From Monosiga brevicollis MX1 (taxonomy: Eukaryota): a stretch of DNA of 64,000 nucleotides. Below, in pieces: positions 26,804 through 40,005 of the stretch. Location of the stretch: assembly GCF_000002865.3 (NCBI RefSeq), contig NW_001865042.1, positions 409,933 through 473,932 on the forward strand, given 5' to 3'. Under the pieces are notes generated by a model. That model did not search any database and had not been told where the DNA came from. It worked only from the letters and a program-made list of their open reading frames with translations. Positions within the stretch are counted from its first letter, which is position 1, and each line of letters begins with the position of its first letter. Made by a program: the position numbers and the translations under genes.

Positions 26804-29800
26804 ATGTCGGGCATGCAGGTTGGTCTTGGATTGGCCCTGCCGTCTTTGCGCTCCGGCAGTTTGGACAGGCTCTTTGTGGTCTGGGGCCTGACTGCCTTGT
26901 TTTTTTTTTTTCTTTTTTTTTCTTCTTGGACGAGCGGTGCTGACGTGCTGGTCTCTTGGGTTACCGATTCTGGCGTTTGGCCTTTTAGCTCTTGGAGTTG
27001 AATGACGTTCGCGTCTTCAACTTGACAGCTGGTAAAGCTCTGCCGTCTTGGCTGAGCGAAAAGAAACGCCGACAGCTTTTGAAGCGTGATGTTGACCTGC
27101 AGGTACGTCTGACCTCGCGAGCCTCTCAAGGCTCTTGCGCGCTCTGCCTTGCTGGCTTCTGAAGTGCCCCATGAGGGTTTGAAACCTCTCACAAGCACCT
27201 TGCAACATCATCTTGCATGGTTTGTTGCAGCGTCGCATCGAACTCATTCAAGACTTTGAAATGCCCACTGCGGCCGATTGCATTCGAGTCTCGCCCGATG
27301 GCGAGTATATCATGGCCGCGGGTGAGTGCCTCAGACCTTTGGCTCTTGTAGACCGCTACGTTGCTCGATGTGGTCTCATCCGTCTTTTGCGTCTCTAGGT
27401 ACCTACAAGCCTCGCATTCGCTGCTACGACCTCGATCAGATGTCCCTCAAGTTTGAGCGCCACCTCAATTGCGAAGGTTCGTTGGCATACATGACCTCAG
27501 AAAGGGAATATCAAATGGTGTTGCCCGCGTGAGAAACGCCGTGCCTAGCCAACCTTGAGAGCACCAGCAATCGGGTGCTGCGGCCTCGGCACCTCACCGC
27601 GCTTGCCCACTTGGGAAATGTTGCACTTTTAGTGGTGGATATGGCCTACCTCTCCGACAATTACAGCAAGCAAGTCTTTCTCATGGCTGATCGCTACGTT
27701 GAAGTTCATGCCTCCTACGGCTACCATCACCGAGTCAGTTGAGCCAAGCCTATGTCGAGTATGCGTGCTCCAGTCTGGGTGGTCTCAAAGACACGGGCGT
27801 GGCAGAATGCCGTACTCGTGCTCACAAACACGTCTTGCCTGGCCATCACAGACGCGTACGCCCAAGAATGGCCGCAGTATCGCATATAATCACGAAACAT
27901 GTGATCTTTATGTTGGAGCCACTGGGCCCGAAATCTATCGCATCAACTTGGAGCAAGGACGCTTCCTCAAGTCTTGGGTGAGTTTTTTTTTTTTTTTTTT
28001 TGTTTTTTTTTTCTCGTCCCAAAGGTCGGCTCTTGCAGCCTCGACCTTCCATATGTCAACTTCTCATTTCCTCATCTCCACGCTGCACAGACCACACAAG
28101 CGCCTGCCGTCAACAAGGTGCTGATCAACGACTACTATGGCATGCTGGCCGCTGGAACCACCTTGGTATGCGTTCATGGAAGTGGCATCCACCTCTTGTT
28201 TGCTTTCACTGTGGGACCTTGTATCTCAAATAACATGTCATATTCGGCTCAATAGGGCATGGTGGAGTGCTTTGACCCTCGGGCTCGTGAGCGCATTGGT
28301 GTGCTTGATGTCACACGCGGTCTCTCCGCCCGTGCCCAGCGCCAGCTGTAAGGTTTTGCACGTGTCTTGATGAAAGCTCTCAGCCAATACTTCTGACCCA
28401 CACGCTCATCCGGCCGGTACACCTTTCGCACATGTAATAGCAAGGGTCAAATTCCGGCCATCTCGACCATGACTTTTATGCAAGACAATCTGACCCTCGG
28501 CGTGGGCACTACGGGCGGCCAAGTCTTGTTGTATGACATTCGTGCCGCAGAGCCGGTGCGTTTTCCAATCGGCACATGACACATGTCTTTGGGCTCAAGA
28601 CCATCGCGTTGAAATGATGGTCGCTTGACTCACTAGGGCGTTGCTTTGATTGTTTTCTAAAGGTTCTGACCAAGGATCACAGCTACGGCCTTCCTATCAA
28701 GCGAATTGTGCACCACGCCGCTTCCGATTCGGTGCGTCTTGTATCTCAAAGCAGGTGATGCCGAGGTCCAGTGCCAATGGCTCATGGCCATGTTTGCTGT
28801 TGTGCGGCTCTGGAACACACAGGTGCTGGCCGCAGATCAGAAGGTGATCAAGATCTGGAAGCGTGAGTCTGGTGAGGCCATTACTGCCATTGAGGCCGAT
28901 GCTGATATCAATGACATGGACATGTATCCTGATTCGGGTAAGGATGTCCCCCCTCCCTCCTTTTGCTTTTTTTCGGGTTCATGCTTGAGCGCGTGAGCAC
29001 ACCGAAGACCATAAGGTATTTTATCTTCATGTGCTTGTATGGTTGACTTGGCAGGCATGTTTTTTGTCGGAGGTGAGCAGTCCAAGATGATGATTTATTT
29101 TGTCCCCTCTCTGGGCCCTGCGCCCAAGTGGTGTCACTACCTGGACTCCATCACGGAGGAGCTGGACGACGGCGCGCAGCCAGCTGTGTACGATGATTAC
29201 AAGTTTGTCACGCGTGAAGAGCTTGACGCTCTTGGTCTGAGCAGCTTGGTGGGCACTGCCTTGCTCAAAGCACATATGCACGGCTACTTTATCGATGTGC
29301 GCCTTTACAACGAGGCCAAGGATGCCAGCAACCCCTTTGCCTACGAAGAATATCGGTGCGTCATTACTGAAATCGTTGCTCAGCATCGCCTGCCTCGTGC
29401 TCCTCGCTGAGCAAACCAAGGAGGTGAAAGTGCTTTGTCCAATCGCTCACCGCATTGTTCTTGCTGCTGGTTGTAGTCAACGCCTTATTCGCAAGAAGCT
29501 TGAAGAGGGTACTGAGTCTCGACTTCAATTGGCCAAGTATCGCAAGGAATTGCCAAAGATCAACAGGGCGTTGGCTAAGCGTCTGGTTGAGTTTAACGAG
29601 AACCAAGGTCAGGAGTCATCGGGCTGGTCACACCGCTTGTACAGTCCGCACTCTCATTGCATTGTGTCGGGTGCGAAACCTCACGTGGCTCTCAATCTGC
29701 TTTTCTCCTCGGTCGGGCACAGCCGAAAACACTGCAGCAGCTGCAGATGAAAAGGACACACCGGCAATGAGTAACCCACTGGGCGACGACCGTTTCAAGG

Positions 29801-30625
29801 CGCTCTTTTCGAACCCTGATTTTGAGATTGACATCAACAGTGATGAATATCGTCTGCGCCACCCGGCTGCTCGCGCTCAAGGCGCTTCAGATTTGCTGCA
29901 GGAGAAGTTTGCCTTGGTGGCTGATGAAGACGACGAGATTGAGGGTCGCGCCAGTGATGAAGATAGCGATGACGACTTGGAACTCGTGACCGGGCGCAAG
30001 CTGTATAACACGGTGCCCGAAGCGACTCAGGAGCCAAAGCCTCAGACTGCTCCGACTGGCCAGCGTGCTGAGAAGCGTCGCACTAGCAAGAAGGCAGATG
30101 ATGTTACCATGTACGAGCTCAAGGAGGGCGAGGAGGTTCGCGCTCTGACATCCCGGGCCAAGGTCACGGAACAAAACCTCAAGCGTCGAGGCAAGAGTTT
30201 TGCCTCACTTTTGGCCAAGGAACCGACGGCGCCTCGACAGGCGCAGGTGGCATCCACAGGCGCAGGTGGCAAGGTTATCCGCTTTGAGGTAGGTGTGGAT
30301 CAGAAGGCACATTGGCATTGCTCAGCGAAGCAGGCGACTTTTTCACAACGCATTCGTGCTTGCTTCTCTCAACCGCAGACCAAGAAGGCGTCAGAAGATA
30401 CCGAGGCGTATGTTTGCTGTCAATCCCCCCCCTTGCATCTGTTCCTGCTGACATTCAGTTCTCATTTCTTGCTTGTTGCCTGTGGTGGCTTGTGTTTTCC
30501 TGTAACGCAGTGCAAACGAACCATCCGAGGCTGAGCGCAAGCGAGCCAAGCGTGGCGTGCGTAGTCTGGGTCTCAGCAAAGGCCCCAAGCAGAAGTATTG
30601 GCGCGGCCGGCCTGTCAAGAACTAA
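26804..30625 (+). CDS. NOL10: Nucleolar protein 10 (Enp2), WD40 plus NUC153, multi-exon
   Basis: (MSG)MQ|LLELNDVRVFNLTAGKALPSWLSEKKRR, RRIELIQDFEMP, GTYKPRIRCYD, YRINLEQGRFL, PSLGPAPKWCHYLDSITEEL, MHGYFIDVRLY, DDRFKALFSNPDFEID. Confidence 0.95.
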
Positions 30626-30919
30626 GAAGCATGGTTTCCAAGCGCATCGCTCTTTTGCAAGCAAGTCACAGAGGCAAAATACGATCATTTTTCTAAGAGC
30701 TTTTGTTTTTAGCCCCCTGAGGGGGTCCAAATTTTTGTTCCTTGGAAGAAGACTCCGAGGAACCATACAAAATTGGAACGCGTCAACTTGCAGACCAGTC
30801 AATTGCGCACGAGTACTCTCATCCAACGGACGATGCACAAAAATGGCATCAGGCATAGCACACAAAAATAAACATGAAAACGGAAAACAACAACTCTTGT
30901 TAGCCGAGGCACGGGTTGA

Positions 30920-33900
30920 TTACGGAAGTTGGAGTTGCAGCCGTAACTGGCGATTTTCCTCCCGCAGCAACTCGAGCTCTGTGAGAGTTTCTTCGCGAAT
31001 AGATAGCGATTCAAATGATGCTTCCAATTCCGCCTGCAAGTGGATGTGCAGATGACGCACTGGGTGAGACGAGTTGCAAACAAGGGGGATAGCACGGGGC
31101 CTGTGAGCGTTCTTGCCTTTTGAAGCTCAAACTGGCGGATGAGTTCAACGTGCAAGTTGTGCACATCACGATGGAGGGAGAAACGGAAATCATCCAGCGT
31201 GCTTTGGACCACGTTGCGAATGAAATCGGCCTGAACACCAGCATCCAGGGGCATGTTTGCCCCCGCGTGACGATTCTCGATGTTGGCGCGCTCCAACTTG
31301 TGGCGCTCAAGCTCAAGCAGCTCTCGAGCGGCGCTGGTATTAGCTTGAGTTGGCTGCGATGTGTCGGCGGCACTCCGGTCTGTAGAGCCTGAAACAGTTG
31401 GGGGTGGCACATGCGGCGTCAAAGAAGGGGTGCCGCGCAACATGGCTTCTGAAGCGGACACGGCAAAGGATGAAGGTTGGCGAATGGGCTCGGTGGGCTT
31501 GGGTGGAGCCGTAGATGGCGTGGTATTAGCCGCCGCTTCAACGGGCAACTTTGATTGTGACTGGCTCGGTGGGCTGGCGACCGGGGCTGTGCTATTGGTT
31601 GCAGAGTCTCGCCGTGGGCTGGGAAAGGATGTGGGTTGTTGTTTTGGAGAAGGTGCACGCTCCATGGCGGCTTGCAGCTGAGCGAGTCGCGAGCGTAAAT
31701 CGTCCATGCTGGCAGGCGCGCTGCCCGTTTTTGATGTGGTTGCGGCCAAGGAGGCCGCAGGCTCACGTCGGATGCGTGCTTTGTTGGGAGCGGGTGTAAA
31801 CATTTCTGTTCAGGGGCGCCATGCATGGTGATCAAATGAGGCATGAGTGTGGCTGTGTGCAGGTCACAGGCAACGCATACAAGGGGTCAATGATGGCCAG
31901 AGCCTACCCTTCATCTGATTGGCAATCGTGGCCGAGAGGGATGGCAAAGCAGCTAGCGCAGTGTACATTTGGAGTGAGAGGACATGTATGTTCCGGCCAA
32001 ACCTGAACCTGGCTCAGTTCACATGGCAGATCATTGGGCAGTTGGATTAAATAGGCCTCATGCATATACGTACTGGGTGGGGAAATGGCACTAGGGCTTG
32101 CATCTGGTTTGGCTTTGGGGGCAACTTTGGCTTCAACTGAGGGAGGTGCTGGGGCAGCTGCTGATGTGCTGCCACGATTGGCAGACGCAGGAGCGCGAGC
32201 GGGCGTTGAGGTGGGCAGCATCCTGCCGGGCTCAGGCAGCTGAGGTGCGGTCGGCGTGGTTGTTGCGCTTGTGGCGTTTGTGGTTGAACGAGCCACGTTG
32301 GCTGTTGCAGCCATGGTCGCTGGTGCACTAGCCGCTGGTTGCGCTGCTTGTGGGGTGACAGCAGACGAGGTGGCGGCGCGATCATGGGACGCCACCTGTG
32401 TAACAAGCGCAGATTCCACCCAAGATCAGGGCAAAGAACAACGTGAAGGTCTGTCGGCGAGGCACACCGTAGCAAACGAATTCTGGCGGGGCAGATGGGT
32501 CGAGGCCGGCAAGCTCTCGCTCATGCACACCTTGCTAGCAGGCATGCTCCGACTACGTTTTTGATGTTGGAGCGCAATGCAGGAAACGGCTTGGGCCCCC
32601 ACGGTCCATCGCTGTGTGATGGCTTTGCTGCGAATGTCAACTTGAACGACTTGACCTGCCATTGGACGTCAAGCGTGAGAATGTGCGCCGCTTGCCGCAA
32701 AGATCTGCAGCAAGACTTTTCAATGTCATCTTTGCGACTTGAAGGCAAGGGAAGAATGGTAGGGGTGCAAGCACAGCCAACCGGTCGAAAGGCCGGCCAG
32801 AATGGATTTGGCGTCATAGAAGCACATGGATGTTACTGGCGTTTGCACGGGAATGGACATGGCCAATCTGGGCAAGGGGTTGGTTGGACGGCGCCCAGGT
32901 TATTTTACATGCTGTTGGAAAAAAGAAAAAAAAAACAAAAAAAAAAAACGGGCAAGGCAATGCCGGTGGGCAAACTGACTTTTGATTTCGGCCATCCCAA
33001 AAGCCAAGCGTGCCGTCCAAGGAGGCGGTGCAGCTCAACACCCCGTTGGCCGGAGAGAAGGCCACCGTCGTGACTTTCAAGGCAAACAGGTGTGCGTGTG
33101 TAAGCGCAGGGGAATGAGGGGGCAACTATACACAAGGGGGAATACTGCTTTCGGGCGAGGCGAAGAGATTGGGAGCAGGGGGAGAGGAGGTGAAACGAAC
33201 TGCCAGCTGTGTGCTCTTTGGCACTATAGAGGAGTTGCTCGGTGGAATGGTCGTACACGCTGTATAGTCCACTGTCGCTCCCGGCGGCCACCAGTGTGGG
33301 TCGGCGCCTCGAGAGTTGCACACAGCGAACAGCCTTTGGATGGAAGATAAAGCGTGAGTCGACACCAGGGCACAGCGTGCTCTATCCTGAATGTGGGGGC
33401 TGGTGTTGAGCGCACCGTCATATCAGCGGGGTGGTGAAGCTTGACAAAGTGTTGAGCATCAATGGCCGTGCTCACGCAGACATTGGCCGAGGCACCTTGG
33501 TGAGCAGGGTGAGCATGGGTGAGCGGAAATCACAGGTGAAGCATAAATGATCGCAGAGCAGAGCGGATCGCGAGAGTGAGCGAAAGGAGTTCGTACCAGC
33601 CCAGGCAAGGGCCGACATGTCTTGGTCGTAGTCGACGGTCAACACACTGCCAGTATCCTAGCGTCGCAGAAATCCATCAGTTTCATCGAGTTGGTTTGTT
33701 TGAGCGCGGCAGCAAGGTGACTCACTTTGAAGCTGCAGACCATCGCCTTTTCTTTTAAACTCCAGATAGCAACCGTGCCAGCAGCAGAGCCTGTTGCAAC
33801 ATGAGTGGCACTGCCCACGGCCAGAGCATTCAGAGCATCCTGTGACCGTGCAGGAAAGAGACTCGAGTAAGGGATGGCATGCACGATAAATTGAGCATGG

Positions 33901-34380
33901 AGTTTGCGAGAGGCTGTGAGGCCAACAGATGGACTTGCATGGTCTCGACTGCCATCGTCTTGCGGCAGGCGTAGCAGTGGTTGACCCTATTCAGAATGGT
34001 GTGATGAGCAAGTCTCGGCGGATCAGGTGAGAGGAACGTGGGCGCTGTGAGGAGCCACACGTACATTAGCTGTGCTGAGGGAAAGGTAGCCGTCGTGCCG
34101 CCCTGCAGCCATCAGCACCTTATTGCTCGTGGACCAACTGGTCTCGCAAGCGTGATGGTGGGCACAGAGTTGTGATGAGGAGACATGGCGCGCGGCACAG
34201 GTCACATCGTGTCAAGTCGGCAGAGCGAGTCACGTACCCGACGGCGGACACATCTCCGCGATTGGGGCTAAACACCTGCTCTGGCTCTGACTTGCTGATG
34301 GAAAAGATCTGTACCACGGAACCACTGCAGGCTGCAAACGAGCGGGGCGAGCCTGCACTCGCTGCTGCCGCCGCCGCCAT
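30920..34380 (-). CDS. NEDD1: NEDD1/GCP-WD, gamma-tubulin ring complex targeting factor, multi-exon
   Basis: N-terminal WD40 repeats (VATGSAAGTVAIWSL, VAFSPANGVLSCTASLDG), a low-complexity S/T/P/A linker, and C-terminal FIRNVVQSTLDDFRFSLHRDVHNLHVELIRQF...LREENRQLR matching the NEDD1 coiled coil. Confidence 0.85.
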
Positions 34381-34861
34381 TTGTGAGCGATTTCGTCCTT
34401 TTTTCTGAACTTGTTTGGGCGGTCTCTTGCTCAGAGACAATGCGCGCTGAGATGTGAGTTTCAGAGATTCGTGAGGATGGAGGTACACAAGTTTTGTGAA
34501 CATTAGAGTTTTGATGAGTAGTTTAGAGATATGTTGAGAACACCGCGATCAATCAGAGCAAGCAAGACGAAATACACATGACCGTTACAGTCTGACAACG
34601 ACCTTTCCGTTGGAGCTTTTCGCTGCGATGATGGAGATATGGGTGCATCTGGCCGTGCATCTGATCGTGTTGGCGCTGGATGGTGCATCTGCATGGCACC
34701 TGTGTGGCAGGAGTATGCGTGCGTGTTCGGGCATTGCACTTGGGTGGGATAGTTTGTTTTTTTTTTTGGTTCTTTTTTTGTTTTTTGCTACAACTCTTTT
34801 TCTCAAGGATGCTGTGCGCGCCATCAACTAAGTCGACGAGACCAGCAAGACTAATGATGAT

Positions 34862-36755
34862 CTAAAGATGAGACCGGTACATGGCGGTCCAGGCGACAAG
34901 AAGATTGGCAGCATCTTCAGCGCAGCCTTGCCAAATGGTCAGCCCAGAGCCTCCATGGCCGTAGTTGTGAATCAGACAGCTGGTCAAAACGGAGCGAGTG
35001 GTGAGGAAAAGTTTGGTGTTGCTCAGCTGGAGCCAAGGGTGGAGGCGACAGGCAACCGAGGGCAAGCTGAGAACAGCGATCCAAAGAGACGTACCGACGT
35101 TGACCGTTGTGCTCGCGTTCCTCTGCTTCGAGACGGACGCGACTGCGCACGGGGCGGAAGCCTGTCCAGGTTTTGAGCACCCGTGCGCTCCGCAGGGAGG
35201 GCTCCATGCGCATCGTTCGCCTTAGGATCCTATGAAAAGCGGCGATAATGCCCGCAAACAATGACGGATGCACCGTCAGCTTCAACTAAGCAGGAAAAAA
35301 AAAGTCCAAACACACAAGCCCGCTGTGCGGAGAGCATTGGCGGTCTCAAGGGGTCCGAGCAGGGGCGACACAATAGCGACGGACGTTTCGATTTCGTCAG
35401 CCGAGGCGCTGGTGCGATCGTCCTCGAGGACCTTAATGCCGCCAACAATGGCCACCTCGGATCGAGGAAACATGTGCGAAAACTCGCCCGGGCCAAAATC
35501 AGGAAGATCACTGGCAATCAGAAACTGGGCTCACGTCATCAAAGTTGAAACAAAGAGCAGGGTCAGCTTGTCTTGGGGCACAATGGCAAAAGGCACACGC
35601 TGCATTGGTGCTGCCATGCAACATACGTGTTTGAGCCAGGGCGCCTGGCAATGGAGCGTGACGCCACGAGCGCGGTGGACAAGGTCATCCTGGGCCAGCT
35701 GCCGAGAACCACTTCCCGTACAATTCACAACGACCGAGTATTGCTCAAAGAGGGGCTCGAAGCTTTCAATCTGACATGGACCGACGCATCGTAAGTTTGG
35801 GGTTTGAGTGCGTCCACGAGCGATGACCGATTGCTATTGATGTTGACGGCAGGCTTACTTTGCGTTGCTCAAAAACGATACCGCGCTCACGGCATCGCGC
35901 CATGAGATATTCGAGGAGGGTGGAAGAATCAATCATGATGGTGGTGTAGTGCCACGCCGTCTTGGCTTGGGCCCAGTCGGCGCCGCCAATGCTGCGCAGT
36001 TCGCTTTGTGATACATGTCGAAAGCCAAAGACCTGTGGCAAAAGAAAAGGGGCAAGGGACGTGGGCACGAAAAATGGCTCATCATGACATGCGATGCGCC
36101 CAAGGACATGGAGGGAGAGGGCTACGTCACGAGGAGCGCGGGGGAAGGGGGGGCCGGTGGGGGTGGGGGCACCCACCATGTCTTTCCAATAAGGTTCACT
36201 GCAGTCAGTGCCTTGCAGGTCGTAGCCACCACAGAGGAAGACGCCTGTCACGCCGAGGATCAATATGGTGAGACTGTTTTGAGCAAATCAAATAGGGCTT
36301 GATCAGCGCGCGAGATCGGACCAGCATCTTTGTTGCCACCATGGCGGACGATTCTCATGAGGTAGTCGTATGTTGCCTTGCACCAGCGTCTGTGCAGCCA
36401 CACGCGCCGGATCAAACACTTGTGACGAGGCATGGCTGGCGAGTGTTGGCAGAGGCTCGCATGCGTACCGCTGGTCTTCCTCTGGGGTGTCTTGAAGGAA
36501 GATGGGCCGCCACAGGGCTGGGATGTTAAAGGTCAGCGGGGATGCGGGGCAACACGCTGTGAGGCTTCTGCTTCCGCTGAAGCAGCGGGGTCAGTGCCAG
36601 AGGAGAGCACCAAACGAACCGCCTGCCCCATCGGACGTCGTGTGTGGTGTGTAATGCTCGGCAATGACTGTGATCTTGGCATCAGCAACCCGATGCCGAA
36701 TCTCCAAGGCCGTTGACAGCCCAATGACTCCGCCGCCAATCACCGCCACATCCAT
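34862..36755 (-). CDS. DAO: FAD-dependent D-amino acid oxidase (DAO/DDO family), peroxisomal, multi-exon
   Basis: DVAVIGGGVIGLSTA (FAD Rossmann motif), TTSDGAGG, VVNCTG, GFRPVR, IHNYGHGGSGLTIWQGCA, and C-terminal SHL. Confidence 0.9.
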
Positions 36756-36780
36756 CTTGAGCCTTTGAGTGCGTACAAGA

Positions 36781-36845
36781 GACACACAGAGAGCGAGAGT
36801 GAGAGCGAGAGTGAGAGCGAGAGTGAGCGAGAGCGAGAGCGAGCA
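36781..36845. repeat. GAGAGC/GAGAGT hexamer repeat upstream of the DAO ATG
   Basis: Read directly. Confidence 0.85.
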
Positions 36846-38325
36846 GCGCAAAAAGGTGTGTATGATTGAGAGATGACGCACGTTGATGTGTGATGTTGAG
36901 AGGAAATGATGGATGAGGTAGAGCTTTAGAGAATTTATCGTCAAAAACAAAAAGTTTTACGAGGTGAGAAGAAGCAATTTCAGAGATTGTGGACTGGACC
37001 TTGTACGCAGTCAGAGAGGATGTCTTGCGCCGACATGTTCTCAGAGAGGCTTGTCAATTTCGTCTGACAACGTTGAGGACGGTTGTGTTGCAGCAAGACA
37101 TCGCTGTCGCAACTATGTCGCAATCAGACACGCTGGTGTTGACAACACCTATTCTAACCGATCTATCCTCAACACCTGTTCTGTTTACCTCTCCCTGCGC
37201 TAGAGAAAAAAAAAAATCACTCCTGCTCCCACTCACCCAACCCAGCGTGGTCCTTCCTCCCCATAGCCACCACTCCTCTGTCGGTCACTTGACCCCGACC
37301 TTGTTAGCTTGACGTTGCATTGGCTTCACGAGACCACGCCCCTCGCCCCCCGCCCCGCCCCCAAGCTCTTACATGGGGATCATCAGTTTGCAAGGAATGA
37401 GTCGTCAGGAAGCAAGGGGATCGAAGTTTTTGGCTTCCAAGGAAACGCAGCAAATCAGCACTCGTGAAGGGCGAAGGGCGTATGTACACTTGCATCAGTT
37501 GATCAGACACCGTCTGAGTTTTATACGGCTTCCAACACCTTCACGCCAGGGACTTGATGCACATGTCAAGCCGGGCAAGGGAAGGCAAGAAAGAGAATTA
37601 GCTGATAATTATTCATCCGAGATGTATCGCGAGGAGGAAAGGGGCCTCTGTTTGTCTGTGACTTTCATCAAACGGAAGGATCTCTTCGGCCACAAATAAA
37701 CAGTTTGCTCATTGCTCTGAGCTTCTTCGAGGCGACTGGCATTGTCACTAGAAACCACGGGCTTGCGGCCCTGCCACTGAGACTCGGAGAAAAAGAAAGA
37801 AAAAAAGTCAATAGAACTTGATAGATTTCAGATGAGACAAAGGAGAGTGGCATCGAGCACAAACAGGGAGCAGGTCGGGAGGAGAAGCCACACGCAGAAG
37901 AAGAGGAAAAATGAAAAAAAAAAATCAAGAAGAGTCAAAAGGGTCACTGGCGCGTGCACTCACAAGAGCGCCATGCATTGCGGCAAATCACAAAGTACAA
38001 ATTATTATGGGCAATTGGGTCCAGCCACAATCACAAAGGCTGCTACCTCGTCTCATCAAGACTGAGGCACAGAAACAAATGGAAACACAACCATGAACAA
38101 GGGGCTGATCAAACCATGATCCACTCAGACCCGCTCAACCAGTCAAACCAGCATGAGCTAGAGGTCCAGCCAAAAAGAAGAAAACAGACCAAAAAAAAAC
38201 CGAAGGCAAAGACTGAAACGAATGCAAACGGTCAGAAAGGGCGTGTCGGCAATCCGGACAAGAATAGGGAGAGCCTGCTTGCTCGGCAGACAGGCACGGT
38301 TCTTGGCAGAATTGAATCAGCCCAA

Positions 38326-39264
38326 TCAGGCCATGACAACAACGCGGGGCTTTCTTTCAGCGGGTGGAGGAATGGGTTGAGCCACCACGACCATGACATT
38401 CCGGCCACTGGTGCTGGAATGACTTCGACAAACGACGATGAATGTGAGCTTGGTCCAAACGGTGTTGCCATCCAGGGTGTTGAGCTCTTCGATTGATTGT
38501 AGCAGTTGAACGTTACGTCTTGCGAGGGCGTCGTGGACGTACGCCTGGACGCGACGCTGCTGTTCGGCCGTGTGGAGCTTGAGTTCAAAAGCGGACTGGT
38601 TAACAATGGTGGCTCGGGAGGGGGCCCGGAACAGGCTAACGGTGGCTTCATTGCAGTCTAGGATCTTGAGCGAGTCCACGTCGGTGACAAAGAGAGCACT
38701 ATCCCGTGGCAAAAAGGGACTATGCAAGACAGCCTGCATATCACCACCACCAAAGTCAAATGTGGAGAGGTTAAGCTCGGGGAGGTCAAAGTCGGCGATG
38801 CTGAGGCCGTTGGTGACGGGAAGCATGGGATGACCACCGGTATTCATGGGGCCCAGAACGGATTCCCAAGATGTGGTCGGGTTGGTGGCGGAGCCGATGC
38901 CCGAGGCTGCGGTCAGCGGCGTTTCTGTAGAATCATAATTTGAGCCGCGGCTGCTCATGGCATCGCTACTCACGGGTGATGCGGCATCAGCCATCATGGA
39001 AGAACCGGATTGGGGCGTGGACGAGGTGGCCGCCGATGCAGTGGCCTGAGCGGCGGCCTGAGCAGCTTTGGCACGGGCTTCGGAGAGGGCTTCTGCAGCG
39101 GCTTCCATGACGGCGGCTTGTTCGACGTCATCCCCAAGTTCAAGAAAGGTGCGCATGGTGGTAAGTGCAGCCTTCATGCGATGTCGGCGAATAGTTTCCG
39201 TGTGACGATGTTGTGCATAGCGCCGATTGAGCTTGTCACGTTTGTTAGCATTGTTTGCCCCCAT
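38326..39264 (-). CDS. bHLH transcription factor with a C-terminal PAS domain (coding region intronless)
   Basis: Basic/helix 1 QHRHTETIRRHRMKAALTTMRTFL and helix 2 EQAAVMEAAAEAL. PAS-like SALFVTDVDSLKILDCNEATVSLFRAPSRATIVNQSAFEL...LDGNTVWTKLTFIVV...VMVVVAQPI. Start context gccgtcATGG. Confidence 0.72.
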   Translation of the reverse strand: MGANNANKRDKLNRRYAQHRHTETIRRHRMKAALTTMRTFLELGDDVEQAAVMEAAAEALSEARAKAAQAAAQATASAATSSTPQSGSSMMADAASPVSSDAMSSRGSNYDSTETPLTAASGIGSATNPTTSWESVLGPMNTGGHPMLPVTNGLSIADFDLPELNLSTFDFGGGDMQAVLHSPFLPRDSALFVTDVDSLKILDCNEATVSLFRAPSRATIVNQSAFELKLHTAEQQRRVQAYVHDALARRNVQLLQSIEELNTLDGNTVWTKLTFIVVCRSHSSTSGRNVMVVVAQPIPPPAERKPRVVVMA

Positions 39265-39879
39265 GACGGCGGTGGAACTTGATTCGTGCTACAAGGTTCT
39301 AAGAGGAGGCGATTCGATGCGCAAGATTGGTGAGGAGAACAAAATGTTGGAATCTTTCATCGCCCGGCACCCGGCACAAGAAGCAGAGCAAAAGGAATAC
39401 ATGGAAACAACACGATGGGCCACCAGCAAACCCCAACCCGATCCAACACTCCAAAAAAAAAAAAAATGGCAGCGCGGTCGTGTCATTCTCAACAACCAAT
39501 AATGCCGGGTACGCGGGAAGGGAAGATGGAAAAGTCGAGTCGGCACGCATTCATGCATGTGCGTTGCACATAGCACGGAAAGCTTCGAGGTATTCACTTG
39601 CGACAGGAGCAAGGTGGTGGGCTGCCATTTGGCAGACCACCAATGTCATACGATCCATCCCAAACTGAACAAACACAGATCACCTCCGTCCCAGCATCGC
39701 AAGGCCCAGCACAACACAACACAACACCTGAACAACCCGGAGAAGCCAATACGCAAGCACTCACATGCCACAAAACCTGGGCGTGACGATGCCAAAGACA
39801 CAAAACGCCCCTGATGCACAAGGGCAGTCAGTTGCAAACACGTACCAAGCGAAAAAAAAAAAAAAAAGAACGCGATGTT

Positions 39880-39883
<4 letters not shown>

Positions 39884-39944
<61 letters not shown>

Positions 39945-40005
39945 ACACACACACACACACACAGACACACACACAGACACAGACACACACACACATACAC
40001 ACACA
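39884..40005. repeat. (CA)n microsatellite, interrupted
   Basis: Read directly. Confidence 0.95.

Noticed and set aside
26629..27198. 189-aa minus-strand ORF
   Set aside because: It is antisense to NOL10 exons 1-2, and its poly-Lys comes from an intronic T run.
38365..38706. LOV photoreceptor interpretation of the PAS domain
   Set aside because: The GxNCRFLQ motif is absent (VNQSAFEL at the equivalent position).
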